DNA from: a virus
Taxonomy: Duplodnaviria > Caudoviricetes
Length of the DNA stretch: 64,000 nt
Virus record (IMG/VR): IMGVR_UViG_3300032244_000667
Coordinates: 3,839-67,838 of that record
Strand: one strand, 5' to 3'
Shown in pieces: positions 38,601 through 48,493 of this stretch. Made by a program: the position numbers and the translations under genes. Within the stretch, counting starts at the first letter, position 1, and every line of letters begins with the position of its first letter. The notes below the pieces were generated by a model, which did no database searches, had not been told where the DNA came from, and worked only from the letters and a program-made list of their open reading frames with translations.

Positions 38601-41600
38601 ATGACTGCCTTTAACATCGACACTCTCCCCACCCATCCCGACTGGCTAACCGAAGAGGCCCAGCAAACCCTGAGCGGGGGTTATCTTATTCCGGGGGAAA
38701 CCTCCCGTGATATGTGGAAACGCTGCGCGGTTACGGCTGAAAAACACCTCAATTATCCGGGGATCAGTACTGATTTCATGGAGATGTTCTGGAGGGGGTT
38801 TATGGGAGGAGCTTCCCCGGTCCTGAGTAACTTTGGCACCAGTAGGGGGTTACCTGTCAGTTGCTTAGAAACTGGTACCCGCGTTCATACACCAGACGGT
38901 TTCAAGGAGATTCAAGATCTGGAGGTGGGTGATCTCGTGTTGACTCACCTCGGAAACTGGAGGCCCGTTCTTAATAAGTGGTCTCGTCAGACAACTGGGG
39001 ATCTTTATCGGCTCTCAGTTAGCAACCGTGGACGTTATAACCTTAACGTAACTGGAAACCACCCAATCCTAACCAATGAAGGTTGGATTAAAGTAGAGGA
39101 TTTAAACCCCAAATCTCACAAGATAGTTATTGAACCTATTACCAGTGTCTTTCGCAAGAGGGACCGTAGGAAGAGCTTTGAATTCAAAATTGGGAGCCAA
39201 AGGTACAATAAAGGTTCTTCTCAACTCTGTAAAGGAGCTGGTTGCTTCAGGGGAAAAGAAGTCCCTAACTGCTATCTTGATCTCGATTTGGCTTGGTGGT
39301 TCGGGTTATGGTTTGCTGAAGGACATACAACAAATAATGGAGCAATCGGTATTTCAATGGGTTGGGATGAAGAAGAACACCTTGACCGCTGGCTTAAAAT
39401 AGCCGAGGAAAAATTTGGCCTAAAGGGGTCTAAGGATATTTATGCTAACAGTAGGGGTCACGAGCATGCTCACGCAAAAATCTACAACAAATACCTTCAG
39501 TCTTTTTTCGATGAGGAGTTCGGCAAAGGCTGTAAAGTAAAGACCATTCCAGATTGGTTTTTTGAGCAACCTGATGAAACCTTAAAGGCATTCCTGGACG
39601 GCTTTATTGTTGGGGATGGCTCCTTAAAGTACAATGGAGAGATTGTCACTATCGGGATAGCCAACGAAAAACTTGCCTATCAGCTTTGGTATATTGCTCA
39701 CCTACTCGGCAGATTTCCTTCTCTGGCCCGTAATATTGCCACATACCACAAGAACAGAAATGAAGAGAAGGATTTGAACTATAAGGACCACGGCTGCTTT
39801 TGGGTAAATCTCCCTAAGAGTAGTCCTGCGGGATACGGATTGTCCCGTTCCTTTAAGCTTGAAAAACAGGACCGAGAAACCACTGTGTGGGATATCGAAG
39901 TAGCCGAAGACCATAGCTTTGTGGCTCAAGGTATTGTTGTACACAACTGCTACAGCCACTCCATTTTAGATGACACTAACAGCATATTCAGCCACCTCAA
40001 GGAGGTTGCGGCTCTTAGTAAGAATGGGGGTGGGGTTGGTAGCTATTTTGGTGAACTGAGGCCTAGCGGATCTCCGATCAGAGGGGGCGGCAAATCCGGA
40101 TCGATTGTTGATTGGATGCGCTTATATGATCGTACCGCAGCTACTGTATCCCAGGGTAATACACGTCGAGGTTCATTCGCCCTCTACATTCCCATCGATC
40201 ACCCCGATCTGATGGAGGCCTTACGTAGCAAGGATCATAGCCAGGGGGACCCCCGGCAATTCATCGACTCCAATCTGGCCGTAACCGTAACCGATGAGTG
40301 GATCGAGTCCATGATGGCAGGAGACCAACACAAGAAGGAGATATTCGCAGAGGTTCTTAGATACCGCATGATCTCTGGTTCTCCGTATATCATCTATATC
40401 GATAATGCCAACAACCAGCGTCCTAACTGTTTTAAAGAGAGAAATCTGAAGATACTATTCTCAAATTTGTGCTCGGAGATCTTTTTGCCGTCTGATGAAA
40501 ATCACACATTTGTATGTGTTCTAAGTTCATTAAATTTGGCGAGATACGACGAGTGGAAAACCTGGAAAGGAAGCGTTACCGGTAAAACTTTACCCGAGCT
40601 GGGCATATACTTCCTCGACGCAGTTGTTTCGGAGTTTATTCACAAAGCCGAGCGCATCCCATCAATGGGACGTGCGATTAGGTTTGCTAAGAAATCTCGT
40701 GCACTGGGCCTTGGCACCATGGGTCTTCACGCTCTATACCAATCCCACAACCTTCCATTCGCCTCAAAAGGTGCCCGAGAGCTAAACATCGAAACCCACA
40801 AATGGATCGATGAAATGACCTTGAAGGCATCTCAAGACATGGCTAAGGTCTATGGGGAGCCGGAGTGGTGTGAGGGCAATGGTATTCGCCATGCTACCCG
40901 CATCGCAATTGCCCCCACCAAGACCAACTCGGTCATCTGCGGGGCGGTATCGGAAGGTATCGAACCCCTAACAGCCAATCTGTTCTCTGCCTCTAACGCT
41001 AAAGGTACATTCGTTCGCCGCAACCCGTACCTTGAGGCCCATCTCAATTCAATCGGACGAAATGACCAGGAAGTGTGGGATTCTATCCTCGATGAGCGCG
41101 GATCTGTCCAGCATCTTGACTTCCTGGACACCCAGACCAAAGAGGTCTTTAAGACCGCCCGGGAGATCGATCAGTTTGAAATGATAGCTCAGGCGGCGGA
41201 GCGTCAACCGCATGTGTGCCAGGGACAATCTTTAAACATCTACGTAGACCCGGAGGCACCGGCTAAACAACTTTGGAGAATCCACCTTAGTGCTTGGAAA
41301 GCAGGCCTGAAGTCACTTTATTACTGCAAATCCAGCTCGTTGCAGGTTGTGAAGGCGGCGAAACCAGCCTCACCCACCAGCCTGACCTCCCTGGTAGTCA
41401 CTAAGACGGATTGCCCGTGGTGCGTAAAGGCGAAGGAGCTCCTGTCCTCCAAAGGTTATGCCATACAGGAAGTCGACCGATCCACCATCGCCGATTCGGA
41501 TTGGCCCTATACCACCGTGCCCCAGATCTGGATTAACAGCACCCATGTTGATGGGGGTTACGAGGGTTTAGTTAAACTCCTTGACCCAGCCACAGAACCC

Positions 41601-41633
41601 GAGTATAGTGAATGTCTATCATGCCAGGGATGA
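38601..41633 (+). CDS. nrdA: Ribonucleotide reductase class Ia alpha subunit with intein and C-terminal glutaredoxin domain
   Basis: SPVLSNFG, GLPVS|C, SNLCSEI, CVLSSL, GLKSLYY; terminal ECLSCQG; CPWC Grx domain before the tail. Confidence 0.95.
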   Translation: MTAFNIDTLPTHPDWLTEEAQQTLSGGYLIPGETSRDMWKRCAVTAEKHLNYPGISTDFMEMFWRGFMGGASPVLSNFGTSRGLPVSCLETGTRVHTPDGFKEIQDLEVGDLVLTHLGNWRPVLNKWSRQTTGDLYRLSVSNRGRYNLNVTGNHPILTNEGWIKVEDLNPKSHKIVIEPITSVFRKRDRRKSFEFKIGSQRYNKGSSQLCKGAGCFRGKEVPNCYLDLDLAWWFGLWFAEGHTTNNGAIGISMGWDEEEHLDRWLKIAEEKFGLKGSKDIYANSRGHEHAHAKIYNKYLQSFFDEEFGKGCKVKTIPDWFFEQPDETLKAFLDGFIVGDGSLKYNGEIVTIGIANEKLAYQLWYIAHLLGRFPSLARNIATYHKNRNEEKDLNYKDHGCFWVNLPKSSPAGYGLSRSFKLEKQDRETTVWDIEVAEDHSFVAQGIVVHNCYSHSILDDTNSIFSHLKEVAALSKNGGGVGSYFGELRPSGSPIRGGGKSGSIVDWMRLYDRTAATVSQGNTRRGSFALYIPIDHPDLMEALRSKDHSQGDPRQFIDSNLAVTVTDEWIESMMAGDQHKKEIFAEVLRYRMISGSPYIIYIDNANNQRPNCFKERNLKILFSNLCSEIFLPSDENHTFVCVLSSLNLARYDEWKTWKGSVTGKTLPELGIYFLDAVVSEFIHKAERIPSMGRAIRFAKKSRALGLGTMGLHALYQSHNLPFASKGARELNIETHKWIDEMTLKASQDMAKVYGEPEWCEGNGIRHATRIAIAPTKTNSVICGAVSEGIEPLTANLFSASNAKGTFVRRNPYLEAHLNSIGRNDQEVWDSILDERGSVQHLDFLDTQTKEVFKTAREIDQFEMIAQAAERQPHVCQGQSLNIYVDPEAPAKQLWRIHLSAWKAGLKSLYYCKSSSLQVVKAAKPASPTSLTSLVVTKTDCPWCVKAKELLSSKGYAIQEVDRSTIADSDWPYTTVPQIWINSTHVDGGYEGLVKLLDPATEPEYSECLSCQG
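38862..39947 (+). mobile_element. Intein (362 aa) with LAGLIDADG homing endonuclease in nrdA
   Basis: Begins CLETGTRVHT, ends VWDIEVAEDHSFVAQGIVVHN followed by +1 Cys; LAWWFGLWFAEG and FLDGFIVGDG motifs; more AT-rich than the exteins. Confidence 0.95.
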
Positions 41634-42064
41634 TGCAAACTAACATTAGTCAAGACGACTACACCTGGGCGGAAAACGCTCGGAACCATTTTCCAGAAAT
41701 CACCTCTCACGGGTACGGATTACCCGACGGATGTAGCAACAACTGGACCAGCACTTTGTCCGACAAGGATATCGAGCAGATTATTGCGGCCCGAGACTTC
41801 CTCTGTGGGTTCAAACCTCTGGAACAAGTTAGCTACGGTTCCCGAAAAAGCCACGGATCTCCAACAGCCATTGAGCTAAAGTCTCTACTGCAGAAATACA
41901 GTGGGATATATGTGTACGAGGGAGACATTATCCTTGCCGCATCGGCCCTGGGACTTCCTATCCGGAATCACGCCTCCTGTCACGCCCAGATTGGGGTAAG
42001 CAGAAGGCAGTACAAGGACCTCCAAAAGGTGGTAGAATCTTCACGCAAACACTCTACACGATGA
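41612..42064 (+). CDS. Hypothetical protein
   Basis: 150 aa ORF coupled to nrdA and dut by overlaps. Confidence 0.6.
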   Translation: MSIMPGMMQTNISQDDYTWAENARNHFPEITSHGYGLPDGCSNNWTSTLSDKDIEQIIAARDFLCGFKPLEQVSYGSRKSHGSPTAIELKSLLQKYSGIYVYEGDIILAASALGLPIRNHASCHAQIGVSRRQYKDLQKVVESSRKHSTR

Positions 42065-42696
42065 TCTCCCCACTGTTTTTTGTCAACCCAGGCGACAAAG
42101 CCTTCGTTCCCACCGTAGCCCACCCGGGTGAAGATGCCGGAGCCGACATCCGGGCCCACGTCCGCGATACCTACAACCACGACTCGGCAATTCAGTTTTA
42201 CCGAGACTTCGAGGAATGGAGTATGAAGTACGGGACCCGGATGTATGTGGATGGCGAGGTATTTACGTCCGAATCCGAATCGGATTTTATCGGTGTGGTC
42301 GAACAATGCGGCGGAGCGGCCTTTCTGGTACCAGGAGAAACCAAACTAATTCATAGTGGATTCAAGGTGCTTCTGCCAGAACTGAATTACTTGGAACACC
42401 CCTGGAATAACTTATTGCCTGTGTACAAGATTGTTTCCAGATCGGGGCTGGCCCACAAACACAACATTGTGGTGACCAACTCACCCGGGATCATAGATTC
42501 TGGATACCAGGACTGGGTGAAAGTGTCACTCACAAATCGTGGGGATAACTTCCATGCATTCACCCACGGTTCCCGTATCTCCCAGGGCCTCTGCGAACTG
42601 GTAATCGACCAAACCAACTCCGCTCATACCACTAACCCGGAAGTGTTCGGTACCACGGCTCGAGCTACGGGTGGATTCGGCTCGACGCTGGTGTGA
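42061..42696 (+). CDS. dut: Trimeric dUTPase with internal insertion
   Basis: Motifs AGADI, SRSGLA, PGIIDSGY, RISQ, RATGGFGST. Confidence 0.93.
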   Translation: MISPLFFVNPGDKAFVPTVAHPGEDAGADIRAHVRDTYNHDSAIQFYRDFEEWSMKYGTRMYVDGEVFTSESESDFIGVVEQCGGAAFLVPGETKLIHSGFKVLLPELNYLEHPWNNLLPVYKIVSRSGLAHKHNIVVTNSPGIIDSGYQDWVKVSLTNRGDNFHAFTHGSRISQGLCELVIDQTNSAHTTNPEVFGTTARATGGFGSTLV

Positions 42697-42878
42697 AACG
42701 CAACCGTCAAGCCCTATACCCCAACTATCAGTCCCGGCTTTGTCACTATTGTGGCGGCCGGGGCTTCACTCTACTCGAACAAGTCGATCCGGGTAATCCG
42801 GACAAAGAGGTATGGAACAATGTTGTCATCGAGTGCAAGTTTTGTAGCGGACAGGGAATTACCTCACCCCGAAACTGA
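42693..42878 (+). CDS. Small DnaJ-type zinc-finger protein
   Basis: CHYCGGRG and CKFCSGQG CxxCxGxG repeats; GTGA overlap with dut. Confidence 0.55.
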   Translation: MKRNRQALYPNYQSRLCHYCGGRGFTLLEQVDPGNPDKEVWNNVVIECKFCSGQGITSPRN

Positions 42879-43350
42879 AGTCTTAGTTCTAAATTTTGAC
42901 TACACACCAGTAAACATTGTGCGGGGTAGAAGGGCTATAGTCCTACTACTCAAAGAACGTGCTCACTATGTTTCGGTGAGGGTAATACGGTTAGGGGGGT
43001 ATGTCTCTCTCCCCCTAAGTCGCACCGCTAAGGAGAAACCTACCAAAGCAGCTATTTACCGTCGTGACGGATACACCTGCCAGTACTGCGGATCTACGCG
43101 CAACCTTACCATCGATCACCTTATACCCAAGTGCCGGGGAGGACAAGATACATGGGAAAACCTCCTCCTGGCGTGTTCAAAGTGTAATATGGTGAAGGGC
43201 CATCGCACACCTGAGCAGTCAGGTCTGAAGCTAGGGCGCAAGCCCAGGCCACCACTTCCCAAAGTCATAGAGCTAGTTCAGAGTTCCACCGATCCGGAGT
43301 GGTCCCAATACGGGTACGGCACACCCCCCAGACTGTTGAAAGCCACATAG
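42751..43350 (+). CDS. McrA-like HNH endonuclease (start uncertain, possibly 42820 or later)
   Basis: VLVLNFDYTP..RAIVLL, IYRRDGYTCQYCG..LTIDHLIPKCRGGQDTWENLLLACSKCNMVKG. Confidence 0.9.
   Translation: MAAGASLYSNKSIRVIRTKRYGTMLSSSASFVADRELPHPETEVLVLNFDYTPVNIVRGRRAIVLLLKERAHYVSVRVIRLGGYVSLPLSRTAKEKPTKAAIYRRDGYTCQYCGSTRNLTIDHLIPKCRGGQDTWENLLLACSKCNMVKGHRTPEQSGLKLGRKPRPPLPKVIELVQSSTDPEWSQYGYGTPPRLLKAT
43335..43343 (+). promoter_or_regulatory. Putative late promoter element GTTGAAAGC (inside the HNH 3' end)
   Basis: Exact motif 31 nt upstream of ATG 43366. Confidence 0.8.
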
Positions 43351-43365
43351 AGACCCTAAGATCCC

Positions 43366-43881
43366 ATGATCAAATTTACCTTCAACATCCTGGACCGATA
43401 CGGCCTGGTAGAACTAGGATACACCCGCGTATCCAACTTCATTAACAAAAACCTCCTGAAGCGTAACACCCTCAACACCGAGCTAATCGCCGACGCCTTT
43501 ACAGCAGTTGATGGGTTCTGGCTCAAACACGGCCGCACCAAATGGTATAGTGAGTCGGATATCCGCGTCATTGTGGGTAGTGTAGTGGAATCACTGCGGG
43601 ACAACAACCTTAATTCGGGCGAAGTCCGGACCCTCGTCAAGTACATCACCGCGAAGTGGAAGCCCGAGATTGCTGAGTCCAAGGCTACCGCCGATACCAG
43701 CGTCCTGATCCCTTCACCCGTTGAAAACAATGCTCTGCGGGCGGTTGAAGTATGGAAGCAAATCCCCCAAGGACGCGTAAGCACTTCCGACTTCATCTCA
43801 TTGGGCTCTAAAGCCATCTCGGAAAACCTCCCCGACGCGTCAATTGTGAACGGCGTCTTCTCGGCCCTAGGCCTCAAGTAA
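43366..43881 (+). CDS. Hypothetical late protein
   Basis: 171 aa ORF with late motif upstream. Confidence 0.65.
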   Translation: MIKFTFNILDRYGLVELGYTRVSNFINKNLLKRNTLNTELIADAFTAVDGFWLKHGRTKWYSESDIRVIVGSVVESLRDNNLNSGEVRTLVKYITAKWKPEIAESKATADTSVLIPSPVENNALRAVEVWKQIPQGRVSTSDFISLGSKAISENLPDASIVNGVFSALGLK

Positions 43882-43893
43882 TTCGCAACTACC

Positions 43894-44334
43894 ATGAACG
43901 ACAACAGTTTTGAAAAGCCGAAGGATTGGGGTATCGCCCCGACCACCAGTTGGGTTTCCGGTACCCCTATTGGCGAGGTCCGGATGCCCGAACTGGGTGA
44001 TCCTGGAGCTCATGAGGATGCCTCCGAGCGGGTATCGTTTGGGGATGACGAAAAGCCGGCTGGTACCCCTTCCCTGTGGCAGGGCAAAATGGTCAAGCAG
44101 TGCCCGGCTGGAACCTCGTCTCAGGGTGGTGTGTGCATGCCGGACCCCAAGTCCGAGGCTACGGCTGAGACAAAATCCAAGGTATTGAACCGGCAGTTTG
44201 ATCGCGAGGCGGTCAAGGGTGGTGATAAGGGTCCTTCGGCTGACTCGTTCAAACGGGAGATGCCCAAAGCACCCGAAGTAGATCCTCAGATCCGCCGGAT
44301 CACCAAAGAGGGCTATAAGGGGAGGAACAAGTGA
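43894..44334 (+). CDS. Hypothetical late protein, disordered and charged
   Basis: 146 aa; ACCATG start; KQCPAGT..GGVC motif. Confidence 0.6.
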   Translation: MNDNSFEKPKDWGIAPTTSWVSGTPIGEVRMPELGDPGAHEDASERVSFGDDEKPAGTPSLWQGKMVKQCPAGTSSQGGVCMPDPKSEATAETKSKVLNRQFDREAVKGGDKGPSADSFKREMPKAPEVDPQIRRITKEGYKGRNK

Positions 44335-44561
44335 TCGAGAAGATCCAGAAGCCAATTCGGTTCGATAAGGACGTAGAGGTGTTGGTTGTGGCAAGGGATG
44401 GAGAGAAATTTTTCGTATCTGATTCCGACCCGAGTCTTGACCTGTCGCTCGAGGACATGAAAATCCGCCCGCTGCTCGAGTGGGCGATGATCACGAATTA
44501 CCCGATCCGGAAATTTGTCAAAGCACAACGCGTTCTGAGCGCCCGGTATTTTGGTGTATAA
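44331..44561 (+). CDS. Small hypothetical protein
   Basis: 76 aa, GTGA overlap with the previous ORF. Confidence 0.55.
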   Translation: MIEKIQKPIRFDKDVEVLVVARDGEKFFVSDSDPSLDLSLEDMKIRPLLEWAMITNYPIRKFVKAQRVLSARYFGV

Positions 44562-44581
44562 GCCCCAACATTCTATGGTTT

Positions 44582-44592
44582 TGTGGTATAGT
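44582..44592 (+). promoter_or_regulatory. Putative extended -10 promoter TGTGGTATAGT
   Basis: Intergenic, about 20 nt before ATG 44613. Confidence 0.55.
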
Positions 44593-44612
44593 ACTGATTA
44601 CCCTCAAGAAAT

Positions 44613-45395
44613 ATGACTACTTACTATACTTACTACTCCTACGAAGAGTTCGGACGAGGCTACATTGGATATCGAAAGTGTCCTGATGACAAAACCCCAG
44701 AAACCGATCCCTATTTGGGGTCTTATTCAGATAATACCTTTAAACCAACTAATAAAATTATTCTAACTGTTCATCACTCTGTAGATGAAGCATTACTAGC
44801 TGAAATAAAAATACAAAGGCTTTACAAAGTAGTAGAGAATCCCCATTTTGCTAATAGAGCTTATCAGACTAGCACTGGATTTAGGTTTGCTGCTAGCGGT
44901 GTAAACCACCCAATGTATGGGAAAACCCAGAGTAAATCAGCGAGGGAAAAAGTATCTAAATTTCGGCAATCTATAGATTTTTCGGGTCCCAACAACTCAT
45001 TTTTTGGCAAAACTCACTCGAAAGAAACTCGTAAAAGGATTTCTGAATCCCTGCTATCTTTGGAGCTAAAGGGGGGAAAAAATCCGATGTACGGGAAAAA
45101 ATTTTCTGAGGAACACAAGAGAAAATTATCAGAAGCTAAACAGGGAGATAAGAATCCGTGGAAAGGAAAAAATTTGCCCGAGGAGCACAGGAAAAAGATT
45201 TCACAGTCTTTGTTGGGCGAAAATCACCCTCGCTATATGCCCAGGAACTGGCATCACCCCGTCCACGGAACAGTCTTACAAAAATCTGCACCTGAGCTAG
45301 CAAGGCTATTTCCGGAACAAAACCTGATCCCTGGGAACTTGAGTTCGGTAGCTAAGGGTAACCAGTCTTACCACAGGGGATGGAAAGTATGTTAG
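44613..45395 (+). CDS. GIY-YIG-like (Seg-type) homing endonuclease with NUMOD3 repeats
   Basis: YYTYYSY..GRGYIGYR..YLGSY; repeats PMYGKTQS, SFFGKTHSKETRKRISE, PMYGKKFSEEHKRKLSE; AT-rich. Confidence 0.85.
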   Translation: MTTYYTYYSYEEFGRGYIGYRKCPDDKTPETDPYLGSYSDNTFKPTNKIILTVHHSVDEALLAEIKIQRLYKVVENPHFANRAYQTSTGFRFAASGVNHPMYGKTQSKSAREKVSKFRQSIDFSGPNNSFFGKTHSKETRKRISESLLSLELKGGKNPMYGKKFSEEHKRKLSEAKQGDKNPWKGKNLPEEHRKKISQSLLGENHPRYMPRNWHHPVHGTVLQKSAPELARLFPEQNLIPGNLSSVAKGNQSYHRGWKVC

Positions 45396-45428
45396 TATAT
45401 AGGAAGCAAAATACCCACCATCTTTCCA

Positions 45429-46637
45429 ATGACACCCTCGTTTAAAGAAGACTGGCTAAAAACGACATTAGACAATGAGCCCAACCTCCCCCTTTTGGTT
45501 ATCGACTACAGGGTCTACGCCCACCAAATTCACTCGTTTTCTGAAAGCTGTCTGGACATTGTGGGTGAAGATGAGGCTAAATTCCGTACTGTAGTCCGAG
45601 CACTTTGGGCTTACCGGCTAAATAGAGGTGTGGACTCTATACCCGAACGGGATTTTACCGCTATCGTGGTAGATGACTTTAAGGGGAACTTTCCTGGAAC
45701 TGAAATAACCGGGTATTGGCGCCACCTTGAATGTTCGAAGCTAGGACTACCTGAGTACAAAGGGGGGAGACCCAGTAAACCCTCAATGTTCCCTATAATT
45801 CTTGAAGAGGGCTACAAATACATAAAATGCTCAGGATCTACCTTTCATTTCTTTGACAAGGAATTTTACGAAGCTGACGATATTGCTGGAAAAATAGCAC
45901 GAATTCAACGGAACAATCCTGTTATTGACCGTTACATTTTATTGAGTACGTTGGATGGTGATTGGCAAGGTCTGGTATCCGACGAACACAAGACAGTTTG
46001 GTGTAATACGGGGCCTTGGCATTACAGAATCCGGACTGAAGCCGAGGTTTGTGATTACTACCTCCGGAAGGAAAAATTACACATCAAAACCTCCCGAGAG
46101 ACATACACGGTAAAAGTAGAAGTCGGAGACGCTGGAGACAATCTTTTGCCAGGGTCACCGTTACGTCTCTTCGACCTGTACGAAGAAGATCCGGTATGGG
46201 GCTGGACCGAGGACGAAGAAGCCACACTGAGGGACATTATCGCGGACACTAAGCCGTCCAACCGCCGCGACCACCTAACTAACGCGGGCCGGTTCCTTAA
46301 ATCAATCGGAATGTTCATGCCTGAAATCCCACCGCCAACACAGTACGAAATCGCCTCATTTGGTGAAAGAGCTGAACGTGAACGGCGTGAAGCAAGGCAC
46401 CCCGGGCTGCGCGGCCTTAACAAAAAGTATTGCATGGGGGTTGCCGACCCCGGCCGGTTCGACAAATGTGCTAAGGTTGTTACTGACGACAATGCTGCCC
46501 GGGAGAGGATTAAAGAGTTGGAAGAGCAGCGCAAGAACGATCCGGACAACCACAACCCTGGGCTGCTAAAGGCCCTGAAGGAGTCCCGCAAAGACTACAA
46601 AGCCTCCTTGATTCGTTTTTCGGAGGCTAATGGCTGA
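45429..46637 (+). CDS. 5'-3' exonuclease / flap endonuclease (T4 RNase H, T5 D15-like)
   Basis: LVID, YKGGR, EADDIAG, LDGDWQGL, GDAGDNL acidic motifs. Confidence 0.85.
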   Translation: MTPSFKEDWLKTTLDNEPNLPLLVIDYRVYAHQIHSFSESCLDIVGEDEAKFRTVVRALWAYRLNRGVDSIPERDFTAIVVDDFKGNFPGTEITGYWRHLECSKLGLPEYKGGRPSKPSMFPIILEEGYKYIKCSGSTFHFFDKEFYEADDIAGKIARIQRNNPVIDRYILLSTLDGDWQGLVSDEHKTVWCNTGPWHYRIRTEAEVCDYYLRKEKLHIKTSRETYTVKVEVGDAGDNLLPGSPLRLFDLYEEDPVWGWTEDEEATLRDIIADTKPSNRRDHLTNAGRFLKSIGMFMPEIPPPTQYEIASFGERAERERREARHPGLRGLNKKYCMGVADPGRFDKCAKVVTDDNAARERIKELEEQRKNDPDNHNPGLLKALKESRKDYKASLIRFSEANG

Positions 46638-48465
46638 GAACAATTCGGACAAAGAACTCAAGAGCGGTGGTCCGGCTAGCAAGTACGCTAAGATCCTGTA
46701 CTGCATGGAGAACGCTGGCTATTATCTCCGGGTCAACTTGGACTCTAAACTCACTTCGTTTCACGACCTTTACGAGAGGTTCACACCCTCCGGACCCAAT
46801 GCCCACCTAGCCCCCAAAGGTATCACCTACCCTGATTGGTTCGAGTTCCTGGTGCCGGCATCTGAAACCACCCTCGAGACCATCCAGAACGACATCTTGA
46901 GTGATGAGTTCTTGCATGATGCTGGCCCCGATGTACGCGACTTCGCCCTGCCACTATTCATGTACCGATCCGGTCGGGCGAGTGAGGTAACCGACTACGT
47001 GTTGGGTGTTGAGAACTTGAAGGCCATTAGGCTCAAGAAACTGGGAGAGGGGACGTATCGTCTCGGGATAGTCTATGCTCCCGAATCGATCAAGAACGAA
47101 CTGAAGGGGAGAGTAGTCAACGATATCTTCTCATACGTACCCGAGCTGTCGTGGTTCGATGAGAGAGTCCAGAAACTGAAGTTCGAGGACATTATCACCA
47201 TATTTCCACCGGCCGAGGCCGAGATGTTCAAACTGATTATTGGGAGGGCGTGTGTGGGGCGTTCGGGTTCTATTCACCCAGGCCACAACGACCCCATCAA
47301 GCACGGTTTTCGTAAAGCCGGCATCATAGTGGGTGAGCCGGGGGTTGGTAAAACCACCATTCTTAACGGGTTGATGAAGGCCATGCAATACTGCGGGTAC
47401 AATGTGGTGAGTATGGGCGATCTGTCTCACAAATTTGGCCAGGGATCAGTTATAAGTTCCCACCTAGCATACAACGACGACCTGACACTCGACTCGTTGG
47501 AGAAAATGCTGAAGTCTGCTAGTTTCAAGTCTGTGGTCACCGGGGGGACCGAGAAAGTCGAAAACAAGGGTACCGACGCCATCGAGGTGGTTTCCAATAC
47601 CGTGATTGTTGCCAACTGTAATGAGATCCGGCCCGAGATATCGTACAGTCTCGACTCCGGTGCCATTAGCCGACTAGCCCTAATCTCCACTTACCGTTCA
47701 TATGAGCAGGAAGATATGTCTGATACGGCAAAACGAGATATCCATCCCGTTCCCAACATCAAACACCTGTGCAGGACGCTGAAAGTTGATGAGGTCGTGT
47801 TGTTTATGCGGGTGATGCGCCACTGCACTGATTTCTTCCTGGAGAAAGTGAACTCCGGTATCGATGTCCACTACCACAGCGAGCAGTTGTTGCCTTATCT
47901 ACGGATCCAGATACACAAAAACGCCCTCGAGTGTTTTGTTCGGTTCTGTATGTTGTCCTTTGCGATACGGAACCAAAAGGGTCAGGGGGACTACTTGCCC
48001 GAGTTGACACTGGGATCCCTGGCAACCATCCTAGAGTCCACCCGCTACATAATGATCGATATGAACGCCAATAACCTCCGTCGCAACATGAAGGCGCATT
48101 GGGAGGGTCAGAAACGCGAGCAGTCTCACCCGTACTGGGCCCAACGAAAGATGCTTATCACGAGTGTCGATAAGGCATACGAGATATTCAACAGCTACAA
48201 GTCCGACAAGGATCTCGGACTAGCGATCGAGTCGGTGTTTACGGCCCTAACCCTACGTGATGGGTTCTCGATGTCAAAAAAACCTAGCCATATTGTGCGG
48301 GTCTGGGAGCAGATTAGGGGTGAGAAAAGGAAAATATACAGGGTGGCTAACGAGCTCATGGCCACTATAACCGATCCGGAGGAGTTGAAAAAGATCACCG
48401 ATACCTCGAACCGGTGCAAATCGGACTGGCTGTACTCCCCCACCTACGACCCCACAAAAATGTAA
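46630..48465 (+). CDS. SF3/D5-like helicase NTPase
   Basis: Walker A GEPGVGKTT, Walker B AYNDD, KSVVTGG..VENKG, IVANCN motif C. Confidence 0.75.
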   Translation: MAENNSDKELKSGGPASKYAKILYCMENAGYYLRVNLDSKLTSFHDLYERFTPSGPNAHLAPKGITYPDWFEFLVPASETTLETIQNDILSDEFLHDAGPDVRDFALPLFMYRSGRASEVTDYVLGVENLKAIRLKKLGEGTYRLGIVYAPESIKNELKGRVVNDIFSYVPELSWFDERVQKLKFEDIITIFPPAEAEMFKLIIGRACVGRSGSIHPGHNDPIKHGFRKAGIIVGEPGVGKTTILNGLMKAMQYCGYNVVSMGDLSHKFGQGSVISSHLAYNDDLTLDSLEKMLKSASFKSVVTGGTEKVENKGTDAIEVVSNTVIVANCNEIRPEISYSLDSGAISRLALISTYRSYEQEDMSDTAKRDIHPVPNIKHLCRTLKVDEVVLFMRVMRHCTDFFLEKVNSGIDVHYHSEQLLPYLRIQIHKNALECFVRFCMLSFAIRNQKGQGDYLPELTLGSLATILESTRYIMIDMNANNLRRNMKAHWEGQKREQSHPYWAQRKMLITSVDKAYEIFNSYKSDKDLGLAIESVFTALTLRDGFSMSKKPSHIVRVWEQIRGEKRKIYRVANELMATITDPEELKKITDTSNRCKSDWLYSPTYDPTKM

Positions 48466-48493
48466 TGGATAGCCGCTTGCTGAATGTGTTAGC

